Assembly: GCF_006345805.1 (NCBI RefSeq)
Contig: NC_043023.1
Span: forward strand, 10,416,001-10,480,000
Source of the DNA: Octopus sinensis
Lineage: Eukaryota
Direction of reading: 5' to 3'
DNA length: 64,000 nt
Part shown: piece after piece, positions 37,877 through 52,203 of the stretch
Layout of the letters: the number at the start of each line of letters is the position of its first letter
Position numbering within the stretch: position 1 is the first letter of the stretch
Program-made: the position numbers and the translations under genes
Notes under the pieces: model-generated
Seen by the model: the letters and a program-made list of their open reading frames with translations, nothing else
Told to the model about the DNA's origin: nothing
The model's database searches: none

Positions 37877-38644
37877 AAAACTGTCACAATACCTACACTG
37901 AAGACACTAGTAGTGGGCCAGTGGGTGGAGAACCAAACTGGTCCCTTATTTAAAATAAGACCTTCATCATAATGCTTATAAATGAGTCTCTAACCAAAAG
38001 ATACTTTTATCTAGTTTCACTTTCATTTTCAAAGAGTACTCATTTGTTTTTGTTTATATGTTAATATAATAGTTTTAGCCATTATTTTCTATACTTTTTA
38101 TGTGTTCTTAAGCAATACTATTACCAAAAACCATATTCTGATATTCCCTCATAAATGCCTATCCATCTATGAGGGTAGGGTGAGGTACAAAGGCAGAGTA
38201 TGTTTCCCACAGTACATGCTTGGCAAAATAGCAAATGGGGGATCAAAGTTTGCAAGATCTGTGAAGTCAATGCTGTAAACTGCTGTGGGTTCAATTTCTA
38301 AATAGGGAAAAGGGGACACTACTGTAAGCTAAATAGCCCTTAAAACATGCACCAATTTTGTTTCTTTACTTGTATAATAATAATCATACAATTTGCAAAT
38401 GAAAAAACAAATTCGCAAAACTTTTCCAGGCAATCCTGAAAATAAAGAAGATATGAGGGGTTAAAAACTACTTGAAAATGTCTTCCAATGGTTGTATGAT
38501 GAAACATCTTAACCATCTGATGGTGCAGTCCTGTATTTTTCATGGTTTAGCTATTTTTAGTACATTTTATTACTTTAAATGTGTTTTAAAGCAATAATAT
38601 TACCAAAAACTGTAATCTGATATAATGTATTTATTTAACATGTA

Positions 38645-39530
38645 AATGATGTCAAACTGGTCGCTCCTCGCGGTGATATAGATGATCTTCGTCAATGCCT
38701 CCACCAAGTTTGGAGATGGTCTAACAAATGGGACCTGTGTCTGAACGTGTCAAAGTGCTGTCATCTGCCTGTTGGCTCTTCTCCTGCAACTCAACTTGAT
38801 TTCGAGCCGGGTCGTCTGCTGCTGGAGAGGACCGACCAGGTAAAGGACCTGGGTATCTTGGTGGATTCTTCCTTTTCACCTTCAGCCCAGTGCGTCCATG
38901 CTGCCAACAATGCACGTGGAGTTCTCTTTTTGATTTGACGGTTATTCGGAATGCTCAAAGCAGCCATATTCCTACCGCTCTATGTCACGCTGGTGAGACC
39001 CATATTAGAGTGCGGGATTCAAGCCTGTTCTTCTTATCTCCTCAAAGAAATACATCATTTCAAAAGAGTCCAGAAGCTGGCTACCCGCATGGTTCTTGGT
39101 GTCAAGCATTTGTTTTATGAAGAAAGGCTGAAGACGCTCAACCTTTATTCTCTAGAAAAACGCTGCTGCCATGGTGATCTCATTCTCGCTCACATCATAA
39201 GTGGAAAGTGTAACCTCTTGAAAGAGCTGTTCTTCACTCCTGCTCCAGAGCGTCGGCTGTGGGGTCACTCCGAAAAGCTCTATCTATGACGATTTCATCT
39301 CAATCGAAAGAGAGGGGCTTTCTCCGACCGGGTTGTGGATCCGTGGAATAAGCTGCCGGAAGAGATAGTGAAGATGCCCACGACCACTCTGTTCAAAGTC
39401 TCTCTTGACGAGAAATGGCCTGAACTCTTTGCATGAACACCCTCCCTGTACATAACTCCATGTCCCCCTACATGGCCTTGCTTTTTGCTTTTTGAGCCAA
39501 AAAATTAACTTAACCTAACTTAACTTAACT
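38645..39530 (+). mobile_element. 5'-truncated CR1-clade LINE (RT C-terminus, 3' UTR, (TTAAC)n tail)
   Basis: DVKL...LNVSKC...KDLGILVDS...LYVTLVRPILE...RVQKLATRMV...YEERLKTLNLYSLEKR; internal stops. Confidence 0.9.
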
Positions 39531-39869
39531 ATCTCTCTTACTAAAAATCTCTTCTAAAGGCACAACGCCTGAAATGTGGGGAGTTGGCTAGTCGATTACA
39601 TCGAGTCCAGTGTTTAACTGGTAACCATTTTATCAACCCCGAAAATATAAAAAGCAAAGTCGATCTTGACAGAATTTGAACTCAGAACGTCGCGAAACAT
39701 TTTGTCCAGTGCGCTAACGATTCTGCCAGTTCACTGCCTTAGAAATGTGAGTGAGATGCTTTCATCATGTACGCTTCCCAAGTGGTCACCCATCTAAGTA
39801 CTTGGTAGGCTCGACATTGCTTAACTTCGATGATCGCACGAAAACCGGTGCATTCTACTTGATATGGCT

Positions 39870-40268
39870 TTAATGGCCGTTGCCAGCGCCGCCCCGACTG
39901 GCCTCCATGCCGGTGGCACGTAAGAAGCACCATCCAATCGTGGCCGTTTGCCAGCCTCGCCTGGCACGTAAAAAGCACCATCCGATTGTGGCCGTTGCCA
40001 GCCTCGTCTGGCCTCCGTGCCGGTGGCACATAAAAAGCTCCATCTGATCATGGCCGTTTGCCCGCCTCGTCTGGCACCTGTGCCGGTGGCACGTAAAAGC
40101 ACCCACTACACTCACAGAGTGGTTGGCGTTAGAAAGGGCATCCAGCTGTAGAAACACTGTCAGATCAGACGGGAGCCTGGCGCAGCCTTCTGGCTTCACA
40201 ACCCCAATTGAATCGTCTAACCCATGCTAGCATGGAAAACGGACGTTAAACGATGAGGATGATGATGA
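39870..40268 (+). mobile_element. SINE-like / RTE 3'-UTR element
   Basis: gtgccggtggcac modules and cggacgttaaacgatga tail; absent at the paralogous position near 32210. Confidence 0.8.
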
Positions 40269-40325
40269 ATCATAACAGTTTTAAAACATTTTTCGTATTT
40301 TCTAAAGGTGGTATATTAGTTCGTG

Positions 40326-40552
40326 TCGAGCTGGCAGAAACGTTAGCACGACGGGCGAAATGCTTAGCGGTATTTCGTCTGCCGTTATGTTGTGAGTTCA
40401 AATTCCGCCGAGGTCGACTTTACCTTTCATCCTTTCGGGGTCGATAAATTAAGTACCAGTTACGCACTGGGGTCGATGTAATCGACTTAATACCTATGTC
40501 TGTCCTTGTTTGTCCCTTCTACGTTTAGCCCCCTGTGTGTTATAAAGAAATG
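40326..40552 (+). mobile_element. Intact OR-like tRNA SINE with 16-bp TSD
   Basis: TSD ggtatattagttcgtg at 40310-40325 and 40553-40568; B-box gagttcaaattcc. Confidence 0.9.
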
Positions 40553-41290
40553 GGTATATTAGTTCGTGGCAGTTATTCACCTTGATATAATTGTTTATTT
40601 AGTTATCCGCTAGGAGCAAAATCGATCGACCTAATATTGGGGTTGTAGGGTGATTAGTGTCTGTCATCGATTTCTGTTTTTGATAGATCTTTATTTTATT
40701 GATTCTGAAGCATCTGAAGCAATGACAGGTAAAATTTGACATCGGCAGGATTTGACCTCAGAACATAAAAGAAACATAAGAAACACTGCATTACCTAATT
40801 TCGTTTCGGGATTTAATGAAAACCATTACGTATTTTATATATTCCCCGTTTACACAATTTTTGTCATGGTTCTTTTTAGGGTCAGATATTCTTTGACCTC
40901 GTCCGAAATTAATGATTTTTCTCGATGAATTTCTACTTTCGTATCAAAACTGCTGGGGGGAAAGACTATCGGAGGATAAGGAGTGATATTAAATGGTGAG
41001 TAAAGTAATAATTTCATTTTGTTTTTATATTAAATTTCGTTTTCTCTTTGTACAAACCTGTTTTGGTGGGAAATCTTAACAATATTCAAGATTTCTTTAC
41101 ATTTTCCCGATCATAAATGCTATTTGTAAACCTGCTGAAATTATGAAAATTAAGTTATTTACAGAAAAATGTATATGTATTAATGAGATTTGCTACAAAT
41201 ACCATCCAGAATGTTTATATTACAATTCTATCGGAATTTAATGTGAAAATATAAATTTGTTGGGTTCGTCCTCATTCATTACTGACATAT

Positions 41291-41712
41291 AGTTAAGTTA
41301 AGTTAATTTTTTGGCTCAAAAAGCAAAAAGCAAGGCCATGTAGGGGGACATGGAGTTATGTACAGGGAGGGTGTTCCTGCAAAGAGTTCAGGCCATTTGT
41401 GGTCAAGAGAGACTTTGAACCGAGCGGTCGTCGGCATCTTCACTATCCACGGATCCGCAACCCGGACGGAGAAAGCCCCTCCCCTTCGATTGAGATGAAA
41501 TCGTCGCAGGTAGAGCTTTTCGGAGTGACCCCACAGCCTACGCTCTGGAGCAGGAGTGAAGAACAGCTCTTTCGAGAGGTTACACTTTCCGCTTATGATG
41601 TTGTGAGCAAGAATGAGATCACCACGGTGTCGTCGTTTTTCTAGAGAATAAAGGTCGAGTGTCTTCAGCCTTTCTTCATAAGACAAATGCTTGAGACCAA
41701 GAACCACATGTA
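41291..41712 (-). mobile_element. CR1-clade 3' fragment, antisense
   Basis: KHLSYEERLKTLDLYSLEKRRHRGDLI... with (TTAAC)n tail. Confidence 0.9.
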
Positions 41713-42251
41713 TCGACAAAATAAAAGTTGGAATTTTTTAAAGCGAATTCTTAGTCTGTGTCAGAATGTATATTCGTGTGTGCAGTTTGGTCTCAGTGTT
41801 TCCACCTCTTCTATTCCCACTTAACAAATGGAGATGGTTAATTTACATTCCCGTAACTTAGCATTTTGGCAATAAACGGAGATTGAATGAGTTTCAGACA
41901 GAAAGGGGAAAATGAATAGATGACGGCGAATGTAAAGAAGACGGATCGCACCGCCTTTCGGTTATTATTTTCCTTTTTTGTTTGGGTATTTTCTACCCAC
42001 ATTTTCGACTGCGGAGATACCGAATCTGCGAAAAAAAAAATGGGCATTTCAGAATTTTAATTCCCCCGCCCCCCACCTCTTTTTCACTTTTTTTGGATTT
42101 TTTTTTTTTTTTTTTTGCGAAATACGTTGTAAAACACAGAAATTGTGATTCTGAAAAAAAAATTTGTAAAATTTCAATTTTACAAAAAAAAAGAAAAAAA
42201 ATTAAGAACCCTTCCCTCCTACTAAAATAGTAAACGTATCTAAAGAGAAAA

Positions 42252-43010
42252 CTCGACATGCTAGAAACAGCAGCTAAACAACGAGTCACTAATTCAAATT
42301 TTTATTCCACCTTCTCGACATGCTAGAAATAGAAGCTAAACAACGAATCACTAATTCAAATCTTTATTCCCCCACCACCCCCTTCTCGACATGCTAGAAA
42401 CAGCAGCTAAACAACGAATCACTAATTCAAATTTTTATTCCCCCACCACCCCCTTCTCGACATGCTAGAAACAGCAGCTAAACAACGAATCACTAATTCA
42501 AATTTTTATTCCCCCCACCACCCCCTTCTCGACATGCTAGAAACAGCAGCTAAACAACGAATCACTAATTCAAATTTTGATTCCCCCCACCACCCCTTCT
42601 CGACATGCTACAAAACAGCAGCTAAACAACGAATCACTAATTCAAATCTTTATTCCCCCCACCCCCCTTCTCGACATGCTAGAAACAGCAGCTAAACAAC
42701 GAATCACTAATTCAAATTTTTATTCCCCCCACCCCCCCTTATCGACATGCTAGAAACAGCAGCTAAACAACGAATCACTAATTCAAATTTTTATTCCCCC
42801 CACCCCCCTTCTCGACATGCTAGAAACAGCAGCTAAACAACGAATCACTAATTCAAATCTTTATTCCCCCCACCCCCTCTTCTCGACATGCTAGAAACAG
42901 CAGCTAAACAACGAATCACTAATTCAAATTTTTATTCCCCCCACCCTCTTCTCGACATGCTAGAAATAGCAGCTAAACAACGAATCACTAATTCAGATTC
43001 CACCCCACTC
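42252..43010 (+). repeat. About 71-bp minisatellite, 11 units
   Basis: ctcgacatgctagaaacagcagctaaacaacgaatcactaattcaaatttttattc(c)n at 42252, 42314, 42385, 42456, 42528, 42599, 42670, 42741, 42811, 42882, 42951. Confidence 0.95.
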
Positions 43011-43219
43011 TTTTTTTCATTGCTAGAGAGGTGGGGAGAAATCTGGTGCAGTCTTCTGACTGGCCACCCCCTGCCAAAGCATCCAGCCAATACTGGCATT
43101 GAAGACAGACATTAAATTATGAGGATCAAAAAACAAGGCTCCTAGCATTTTGCCGTGCTTGAAAAGACACATCAAGCTAAGTAAAAGTATGGTTGGCCTT
43201 GCATACAAGCTTATCTCTT

Positions 43220-43570
43220 TTATTGAAATCTTAAAGCAATAAGACAATGAATGATTAATTCAGAAGAAATTTCAATAAATAATCATTACATTTGACAGAG
43301 TAATCTCAATGTTAATGAGTTAAAGCAATTAAGAAGGCAGTTTGCAGCATCTTCAGATATTAACAAAGAACACTTTTGATGGAGATATATCAGTAGAACT
43401 ATTTGTTCAGAGCAATATACGAGAAGAAGGAAAACATTTGTGTACTGTGACGAGAGAAAGGGAAATTATGGAAAATGAATTATATAGGAGTGAAGATCAA
43501 TACAAAAAACAATCTGAAAAAATTGATTTTTCTAATGAGGAAAAGAATGAAAAGGGCAAAACAGCATTTT
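43220..43570 (+). pseudogene. Leader-only ZNF fragment, cut just before finger 1
   Basis: [34 protein letters not shown] followed by unrelated sequence. Confidence 0.85.
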
Positions 43571-44111
43571 TTCCCTAACCTTTTAGGCTCGTGGCTGCTA
43601 GTGCCATGTGGAAATCTCCAATATAAACTCTGTAAGGTGGTCGTGTTACGAAGGGCATCCAACCACAAAAACCAAGCTAAAATAGAGATGGAGCCTGAAC
43701 AGCCCTTCAGTTGGTTACCTCCTTTCAAACCATCCAACCCATGCCAGTGTGTAAAATGGAATTTAAATGATGATGAAGTAATAATTTTAAATTTGTATAG
43801 ACATCTTGTAGTATGCTGTTCAAAGCCTGCTCACTGTATTTGGCTATCTGATGTCATACCCTTGCATACAAGCTTGTCTCTAGCAACCTTCTCCAGCTGA
43901 GCATCCCTAATCTTCCAGGCTCATAGGGGCTGCATAAGAGCATCCAGCACACCCTGTAAAGTGGTTGCATTATGAAGGGCATCCAGCCATAGAAACTATA
44001 CCAAAACAGAAATGAACCCTGAACAGCCCTCAGCTGGTTAGCACCTTTCTAACCATCCAAGCCATGCCAGTATGTAAAATGGACTTGAAATGATGATGAA
44101 GTAATAATTCT

Positions 44112-44493
44112 GAGTGGCTGTGTGGTAAGTAGCTTGTTTACCAACCACATGGTTCCGGTTTCAGTCCCACTGCGTGGCACCTTGAGCAAGTGTCTTCTGC
44201 TAAAGCCTCGGGCCGACCAATGCCTTGTGAGTTGATTTGGTAGACGGAAACTGAAAAGAAAACCGTTGTATATATGTATATGTATATGTGTGTGTGTGTC
44301 TGTGTTTGTCCCCCTAACATTGCTTGACAACCGATGCTGGTGTGTTTATGTCCCTGTCACTTAGCGGTTCGGCAAAAGAGACCGATAGAATAAGTACTGG
44401 GCTTACAAAGAATAAGTCCCGGGGTCAAGTTGCTCGATTAAAGGCGGTGCTCCAGCATGGCCACAGTCAAATGACTGAAACAAGTAAAAGAGT
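44112..44493 (+). mobile_element. OK-like tRNA SINE
   Basis: Matches 11561-11962. Confidence 0.85.
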
Positions 44494-45616
44494 GTATAAA
44501 CCTTTTGTGCTATTTAAAGCCTGCTCACTGTATTTGGCTATCTGATGTCATCAACAGTCAGGATTTAAATGACACTGGACTTACTTGAGGCATTCTTTCA
44601 TCTCAGTCGAGACAAGAATATGAGAAGAAGAGAAGAGAAATAGAATTTACAAACTACTATTTAGTATGATTGCTTCAACACATCATTCATTAGTGACTTG
44701 TCAAAAGGTACCTCATATTTAAAGTTTCTGTTTTGCTTAATCCAATTAGAATTCATTTTCGTATTTGGTTTATGTCAAGCTTCTTTGAGTTTCCATCTAC
44801 CAAATCCTCTCCCAAGGCTTTGATTGGCCACTCTGGGACTGAACCCAGGACCATGTGGTTGGGAAGCCAACTTCTTACCACACAACCATCCCTGCACTTC
44901 TACAGCCATGTCTATATAAAAATGTAGTAAAACTTTCACTGTTTTAATCTCTCTAATTCCTAATTATCTTGTATGTTTTACACTGTTGTTTCTCTTTCGT
45001 TTCAGATTATCAGATGACATCTGCTTCACAGGATTTTTACATAAGCAACGTCATTAGAATGGAAAGTCTTTTGAAGACTGAGCAAAGATGTTATACAAAA
45101 CACGTATAACCCTGTTTCTATAAATATTTACTGAATTACTGCAAAATATATCTGCTGAACTGAAAGAAGTAATCACATCACTGAAATCTCAAATCTATGA
45201 GATAATCCATGATTCATTGAAAACAATTTGAATAAATAAGCATTACATTTGAGAAAGGAATCTGAATGCTTAAGGGTATTTCAATAAAATATTTACAAGT
45301 TCTTTATTCAAACCTGCCAGATCCTACCACTCACACCCACCCTACAATGTCATTCTAAACGTAAAGAATCATATCGTTGAAATCTTAAATCTGTAAGATA
45401 ATGAATGATTAATTAGGAGGAATTTGAATAATCATTACATTTGACAGAGTAATCTGAATGTTAATGAGTTAAAGCAATTAAGAAGGCAGTTTGCAGCATC
45501 TTCAGATATTAACAAAGATCACTATTGATGGAGATATATCAGTAGAAATATTTGTTAAGAGCAACATACGAGAAGAAGGAAAACCTTTGTGTACTGTGAC
45601 GAGAGAAAGGAAAATT

Positions 45617-47557
45617 ATGGAAAATGAATTATATCGGAGTGAAGTTGAATGTAAAAGAGAGTCTGAAGAGATTGATTTTTCTGATGAGGAGAAGAATGAA
45701 AAGGGCAAAACAGCATTTGATTGTGATATCTGTGGGAAGTCGTTCTCTCGGAAAACTAAGTTACTCATTCACGGACGTACTCATACAGGAGAAAAACCAT
45801 ATCACTGTGAAATCTGTGGTAAATCTTTCTCTCGAAACGAAAACTTAACTAGGCACAAAAGTAGTGTTCACACTGGAGAAGCACCATATCACTGTGATAT
45901 CTGTGACAAATCGTTTTCTCAAAACGATCACTTAATTATGCACAGGCGTGTTCATACAGGAGAAAAACCATATCACTGTGAAATCTGTAGTAAATCTTTC
46001 TCTCGAAACGATACCTTAACCAAGCACAAGCGTGTTCATACAGGAGAAAAACCATATCACTGTGAAATCTGTGGTAAATCTTTCTCTCGAAACGAAAACT
46101 TAACTAGGCACAAGAATGGTGTTCACACAGGGGAAGCACCATATCACTGTGAAATCTGTGACAAATCTTTTTCTCAAAACGATCACTTAACCATGCACAA
46201 GCGTGTTCATACAGGAGAAAAACCATATCACTGTGAAATCTGTGGTAAATCTTTCTCTCGAAACGATACCTTAACCAAGCACAAGCATGTTCATACAGGA
46301 GAAAAACCATATCACTGTGAAATCTGTGACAAATCTTTCTCTCTAAACGATCACTTAACCAAGCACAAGCATGTTCATACCGGAGAAAAACCATATCACT
46401 GTGATAAATCTTTCTCTCTGAACAATACCTTAACCAAGCACAAGCATGTTCATACAGGAGAAAAACCATATCACTGTGAAATTTGTGACAAATCTTTCTC
46501 TCGAAACGATAATTTAACCATGCACAGGCGTGTTCATACAGGAGAAAAACCATATCACTGTGAAATCTGTGGTAAATCTTTCTCTCTAAACGATCACTTA
46601 ACCATGCACAGGCGTGTTCATACAGGAGAAAAACCATATCACTGTGAAATCTGTGGTAAATCTTTCTCTCGGAACGATACCTTAACCAAGCACAAGCATG
46701 TTCATACAGGAGAAAAACCATATCACTGTGAAATCTGTGACAAATCTTTCTCTCGAAACGATAACTTAACCATGCACAGGCGTGTTCATACAGGAGAAAA
46801 ACCATATCACTGTGAAATCTGTGGTAAATCTTTCTCTCTAAACGATCACTTAACCAAGCACAAGCATGTTCATACCGGAGAAAAACCATATCACTGTGAA
46901 ATCTGTGATAAATCTTTCTCTCTGAACAATACCTTAACCAAGCACAAGCATGTTCATACAGGAGAAAAGCCATATCACTGTGAAATCTGTGACAAATCTT
47001 TCTCTCGAAACGATACCTTAGCCAAGCACAAGCATGTTCATACAGGAGAAAAAGCATATCATTGTGAAATCTGTGGGAAATCTTTCTCTCGAAACGATCA
47101 CTTAACCATGCACAGGCGTGTTCATAGAGGAGAAAAACCATATCACTGTGAAATCTGCGGTAAATCTTTCTCTCGAAACGATCACTTAACTATGCACAGG
47201 CGTGTTCATACAGGAGAAAAACCATATCACTGTGAAATCTGTGGTAAATCTTTCTCTCGAAACGATCACTTAACCATGCACAGGCGTGTTCATACAGGAG
47301 AAAAACCATATCACTGTGAAATCTGTGGTAAATCTTTCTCTCGAAACAATCACTTAACCATGCACAGGCGTGTTCATACAGGAGAAAAACCATATCACTG
47401 TGATATCTGTGGTAAATCCTTTTCTCAAAACGATACCTTAACTAGGCACAAGATTAGTGTTCATACAGGAGAAGTACCATATCACTGTGAAATCTGTTGT
47501 CAATCTTTCTCTCGAAACGATACCTTAATCAAGCACAAGCGTGTTCATACAGGATAA
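45617..47557 (+). CDS. C2H2 zinc-finger protein, 22 units (21 intact)
   Basis: First ATG at 45617; unit 9 has a 9-nt deletion (YHCDKSF); stop is GAA>TAA in a linker. Confidence 0.9.
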   Translation: MENELYRSEVECKRESEEIDFSDEEKNEKGKTAFDCDICGKSFSRKTKLLIHGRTHTGEKPYHCEICGKSFSRNENLTRHKSSVHTGEAPYHCDICDKSFSQNDHLIMHRRVHTGEKPYHCEICSKSFSRNDTLTKHKRVHTGEKPYHCEICGKSFSRNENLTRHKNGVHTGEAPYHCEICDKSFSQNDHLTMHKRVHTGEKPYHCEICGKSFSRNDTLTKHKHVHTGEKPYHCEICDKSFSLNDHLTKHKHVHTGEKPYHCDKSFSLNNTLTKHKHVHTGEKPYHCEICDKSFSRNDNLTMHRRVHTGEKPYHCEICGKSFSLNDHLTMHRRVHTGEKPYHCEICGKSFSRNDTLTKHKHVHTGEKPYHCEICDKSFSRNDNLTMHRRVHTGEKPYHCEICGKSFSLNDHLTKHKHVHTGEKPYHCEICDKSFSLNNTLTKHKHVHTGEKPYHCEICDKSFSRNDTLAKHKHVHTGEKAYHCEICGKSFSRNDHLTMHRRVHRGEKPYHCEICGKSFSRNDHLTMHRRVHTGEKPYHCEICGKSFSRNDHLTMHRRVHTGEKPYHCEICGKSFSRNNHLTMHRRVHTGEKPYHCDICGKSFSQNDTLTRHKISVHTGEVPYHCEICCQSFSRNDTLIKHKRVHTG

Positions 47558-48161
<604 letters not shown>

Positions 48162-51100
48162 GGAATAGATTCACTTCCCAAGTTACAGACATTGTTTATG
48201 AGTTTTACTTTTCAAGCACAACATCCAAATTTTGAAAGTTTCTACTACCATAACAAATGCATCTGTGTCTTACCAAGAAGTTTATAAAGAGCAAAGGAAT
48301 GCTTCTCAGTAAACAACTCTAGACTTGTTTCTTTGCTTGTGAATCAGTGGTCACGTCTACAAATGATGGTGTCCCTGAGTCTTGTGAAAGTGATTCAGAA
48401 AACAATTATAATAATAATATTTTGTGTATTCTAAATGATCTTGACATTGTTTTTGACTTTACATAAAATATTCTTTACATTCTACTGTTGTTTTATTGTC
48501 ATTTATTTACAAGTATTATAAATTTTATTGGTAAAATATTTTTCTGGGAATGAATTACAATTTATAATATTGCTTCTATGGGAAATTATTGCTTTGCTTT
48601 ATGAGTTTTCACTTTAGGAGCAATCTCCAGGGAGAAATTAACTCATATATCAAGGCATTATTGTGTTTGATATTATTTTGGCACAAGGGCAGCAATTTCA
48701 GGGGAAGGAGTAAGTTGAATAACCACATGGATCAGCATGTGTGCTTTTTACATGAACTAGCACAAATGCTTCTTACAGGGAGTGGCATTGCACGATATAT
48801 CTATATATAGAATGCTGAATTTATCCGTGTGTGTGGCAGGGTTGCAGCCTTCAACTAACACTTTCTCTACCGAGACGCTGTGGTGAAAGTTGACCAAAAT
48901 TGAGAGGATTATAGATGAAGGCTTGCTCTTCCTTCCATAGAAAAAATTCAAATCGCACCATGTCAACACCAAAAATTATTTAGATCAGAAAGGTGTTTTT
49001 TTTTCTATGAAAATCCCTATTTTTTACGATTCTTTGACTGCTGTGTCACCGTTTTTCGGTGTATTTCAACCAGAAAACTGTTCACTTAAAGAGAATAACA
49101 AGCTACATAATGCAAGATTTTTACTTTTCAAAAATTCCAATTCTAAATGGTCGAAAAGAAAACAAACCCGAGCAACGCTGGGCGATACTTCTAGTATATA
49201 TATGAAGCTGTGTAATTTCTCATATATATTTGAAGGTGCATGGCTCAATCGTGAGTTCAATTTCCATTCGTCTTCATTACATTGAACAATGTTAAAGGGT
49301 CAAAGTGAAATGCAGCCACATTTTCTCCACAAAACTACTTTAAAACGTTTTCCAATGGCTGAATGACGAAACGTATTAATCTGGTTTCTGCCCTAAATAT
49401 TCTGGTAAAGTAAGGATGCGTCTTGTACACCAGCAAATACTCAGTGAAGTGCAAGTTAATTCATAATTAGTCAACGCCGTTGCCAAATACTGAAGAATCT
49501 TGTTTAATAATTTGGCTAATTTAGTGAAATTCAAAAGTTACTCCAATACTGATTCGGTGTAAGGAATGGAAACCTACTTATTTCCCCTTTAATTTCTATT
49601 TACTTTCTTAAATCTCCCATACTGAAGGATTATGCTTATTAGAGCCATGCTATCCATGTCAACCGTGTACAATTACTAACATTTTCTCACACTAAACCAT
49701 CCCTCTTACTAAAAATATCCTTCTTCTAGAGGATGGGGTTTAGTCAACTGGTACTTATTTTATCGACCCCGAAACGATGTAAGGCACAATCGACCGTGGT
49801 GGAATTTGAACTGGGAACTGTGGGATGACGTCAGCGGCTAGGAAGCTGACCGGAAGAGGAAGGGTGCGTACAGGGTTGGGGCGATGGCGCCCTTTTCGAT
49901 CGGGGAAGTTGTGAGTGCAGGACGTGTCAGTGCTTCGACCAGATGAGGGATAGCAGCTGCTATTTTTAGCGTTTCGGGACGGGCCACGTGGAAGGGTACA
50001 TTACCATCCGACAGATATGGGTCAACGAAGAGAAGGTACGTGTCTTACTTCTAATCTCCCGCATTCACTACGAACGTAGCGACGGTCGAAATAGCGGTTA
50101 GCATTTCGTCCGGCCTGCTAACGATCCTGCCAGCTCGCCGCCCTGCAAAATACGTTAGATGCTTTGGGCACATAGGTTGTCCAAGCGGTCACCCATCTAA
50201 GTACCCTGCAGGCTGGACATTGCTTCACTTCGGTGATCAGGCGAGACAAGGTGCAATCAGCATTATATGGCTGTAATAACAATATTAACAGTTTCAAAAC
50301 ATTCGCATTTTCTGAAGGTGGTAAAGTAGAGTTTGGTCAGTCGCTCGTAGAAGTTATTCTCCTTATAATTATTTATTCAGTTATCTGCTAGGAGCAAAGT
50401 TTTTATTAAAAGGCCTACTGATGGTGGTTTGTGGGACTTAGTATCTACCATCGACCTCTTGTTTTGAATGGGTCTTTATTTTATTCATCCCAAAGCAATG
50501 AAAGGTAAAATTGACATCGGTGGGATTTCGTTTCGGTAATTAAAGCAAACCAATGTATGTTTTATACATTCCCTTTTTTATAAGTTTTTGTCAGTGATAT
50601 TTCTGGTGTCAGATATTCTTTGATCTCGTCTGAAATTAATGATTTTTCTTGATGAATTTCTACTTTTGTATCAAAACTGAAGGGGAAAGGACTATTTCGA
50701 AGATAACGAATGAGATTAAATTGTGAGTGAAGTAATAATTTCTTCTTATTTTATATTAAATTTCGTTTTCTCTTTGTACAAACCTGTTTTAGTGGGAAAT
50801 CTTAACAATATTCAAGATTTCTTTACACTTTCCCGATCATAAATGCTATTTGTAAACCTGCTGAAATTATGAACATTAAGTTATTTATAGAAAAATATGT
50901 TTTTATGAAATTTGCTACAAATACCATTCAGAATGTGTATATTAGAATTCTATCGGAATTTAATATGAAAATATAAATTTGGTGGGCTCGTACACATGAA
51001 AGTTAAAATTTTAAAAGAAATTCTGGATTTGTCTCAGTATGTATGTGTATTTGTGTGTCTTTGTGTTAGTGTTTCTTCCCCTCCCATTCCCGCTTAACGA

Positions 51101-52203
51101 ACGGTGTTGGTATATTTACATCCCTGGAACTTTCGGCAGTAGACTGATAGAATGAGTTCCAGGCATAAAAAACAAGTAAGTACTGGGGTCGATCCAATCT
51201 CACTACAGATTCTTCAAGGAGATTCCCCAGCGTGGTGGCAGTCTAATGACAGAAACAAGTAAAAGATAATAATAATAATAATTAATTCGTTTATTAGCCA
51301 CAAGGGCTAACAAAAATCAATTATAACAAGCTACTTACCACACAGCCACTACTGCGCCTATAAAAAGATGTAGTAAAACTTTCACTGTTTTAATCTCTCT
51401 AATTCCTAATTATCTTGTATGTTTTACACTGTTGTTTCTCTTTCGTTTCAGATTATCAGATGACATCTGCTTCACAGGATTTTTACATAAGCAACGTCAT
51501 TAGAATGGAAAGTATTTTAAAGACCAAGCAAAGATGTTATACAAAACACGTATAACCCTGTTTCTATGAATATTTACTGAATTACTGCAAAATATATCTT
51601 CTGAACTCTGACATATATGTAGCAAAATTTCTCTTCTTTATTGTCTGGAATACACAGAAAATTATATTTGCATATTAATTAATCATTTAGCATTTTAACT
51701 AGCACAAATATTGTGACCTCTCACACTCACCCTGCAGTGTCAATTTAAACATAAACAATCAAATCACCGAAGTCTCAAAGCTATGAGATAATCCATGATT
51801 AATTCAAAACAATATGAATAAATAAGCATTACATTTCACAAAGGAATCTCAATGCTAAACGGTTAAACTGGCCATATTTTTGTGTGTTTTATATTCATAC
51901 TAGCCAGATCCCACCCCTCACACCCACCCTACAAGGTCATTCTAAAAGTAAACAATCACAACATTGAAATCTGAACATGATAACATAATGAATGATTAAT
52001 TCAGAAGAATTTCAATAAACATTCTATTTGACAGAGTAATCTGAATGTTAATGAGTTAAAGCAATTAAGAAGGCAGTTTGCAGCATCTTCAGATATTAAC
52101 AAAGATCACTTTTGATGGAGATATATCAGTAGAAATGTTTGTTCAGAGCAATATACGAGAAGAAGGAAATCCTTTGTGAACTGTGACGAGAGAAAGGAAC
52201 GTT

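Noticed and set aside
42252-43010. CRISPR-like repeat array
   Set aside because: Spacers are not unique, the DNA is eukaryotic and there are no cas genes; it is a minisatellite.
45491-45616. TTG starts assigned by the ORF track (also 61901, 43342, 33960, 52183)
   Set aside because: Non-AUG starts are unlikely here, and the paralogous segments contain TGA at about 33920 and 52178; first ATG used instead.
46104-47393. Antisense ORFs with [12 protein letters not shown] repeats (also 29889, 52943, 62598)
   Set aside because: Shadow frames of the finger arrays.
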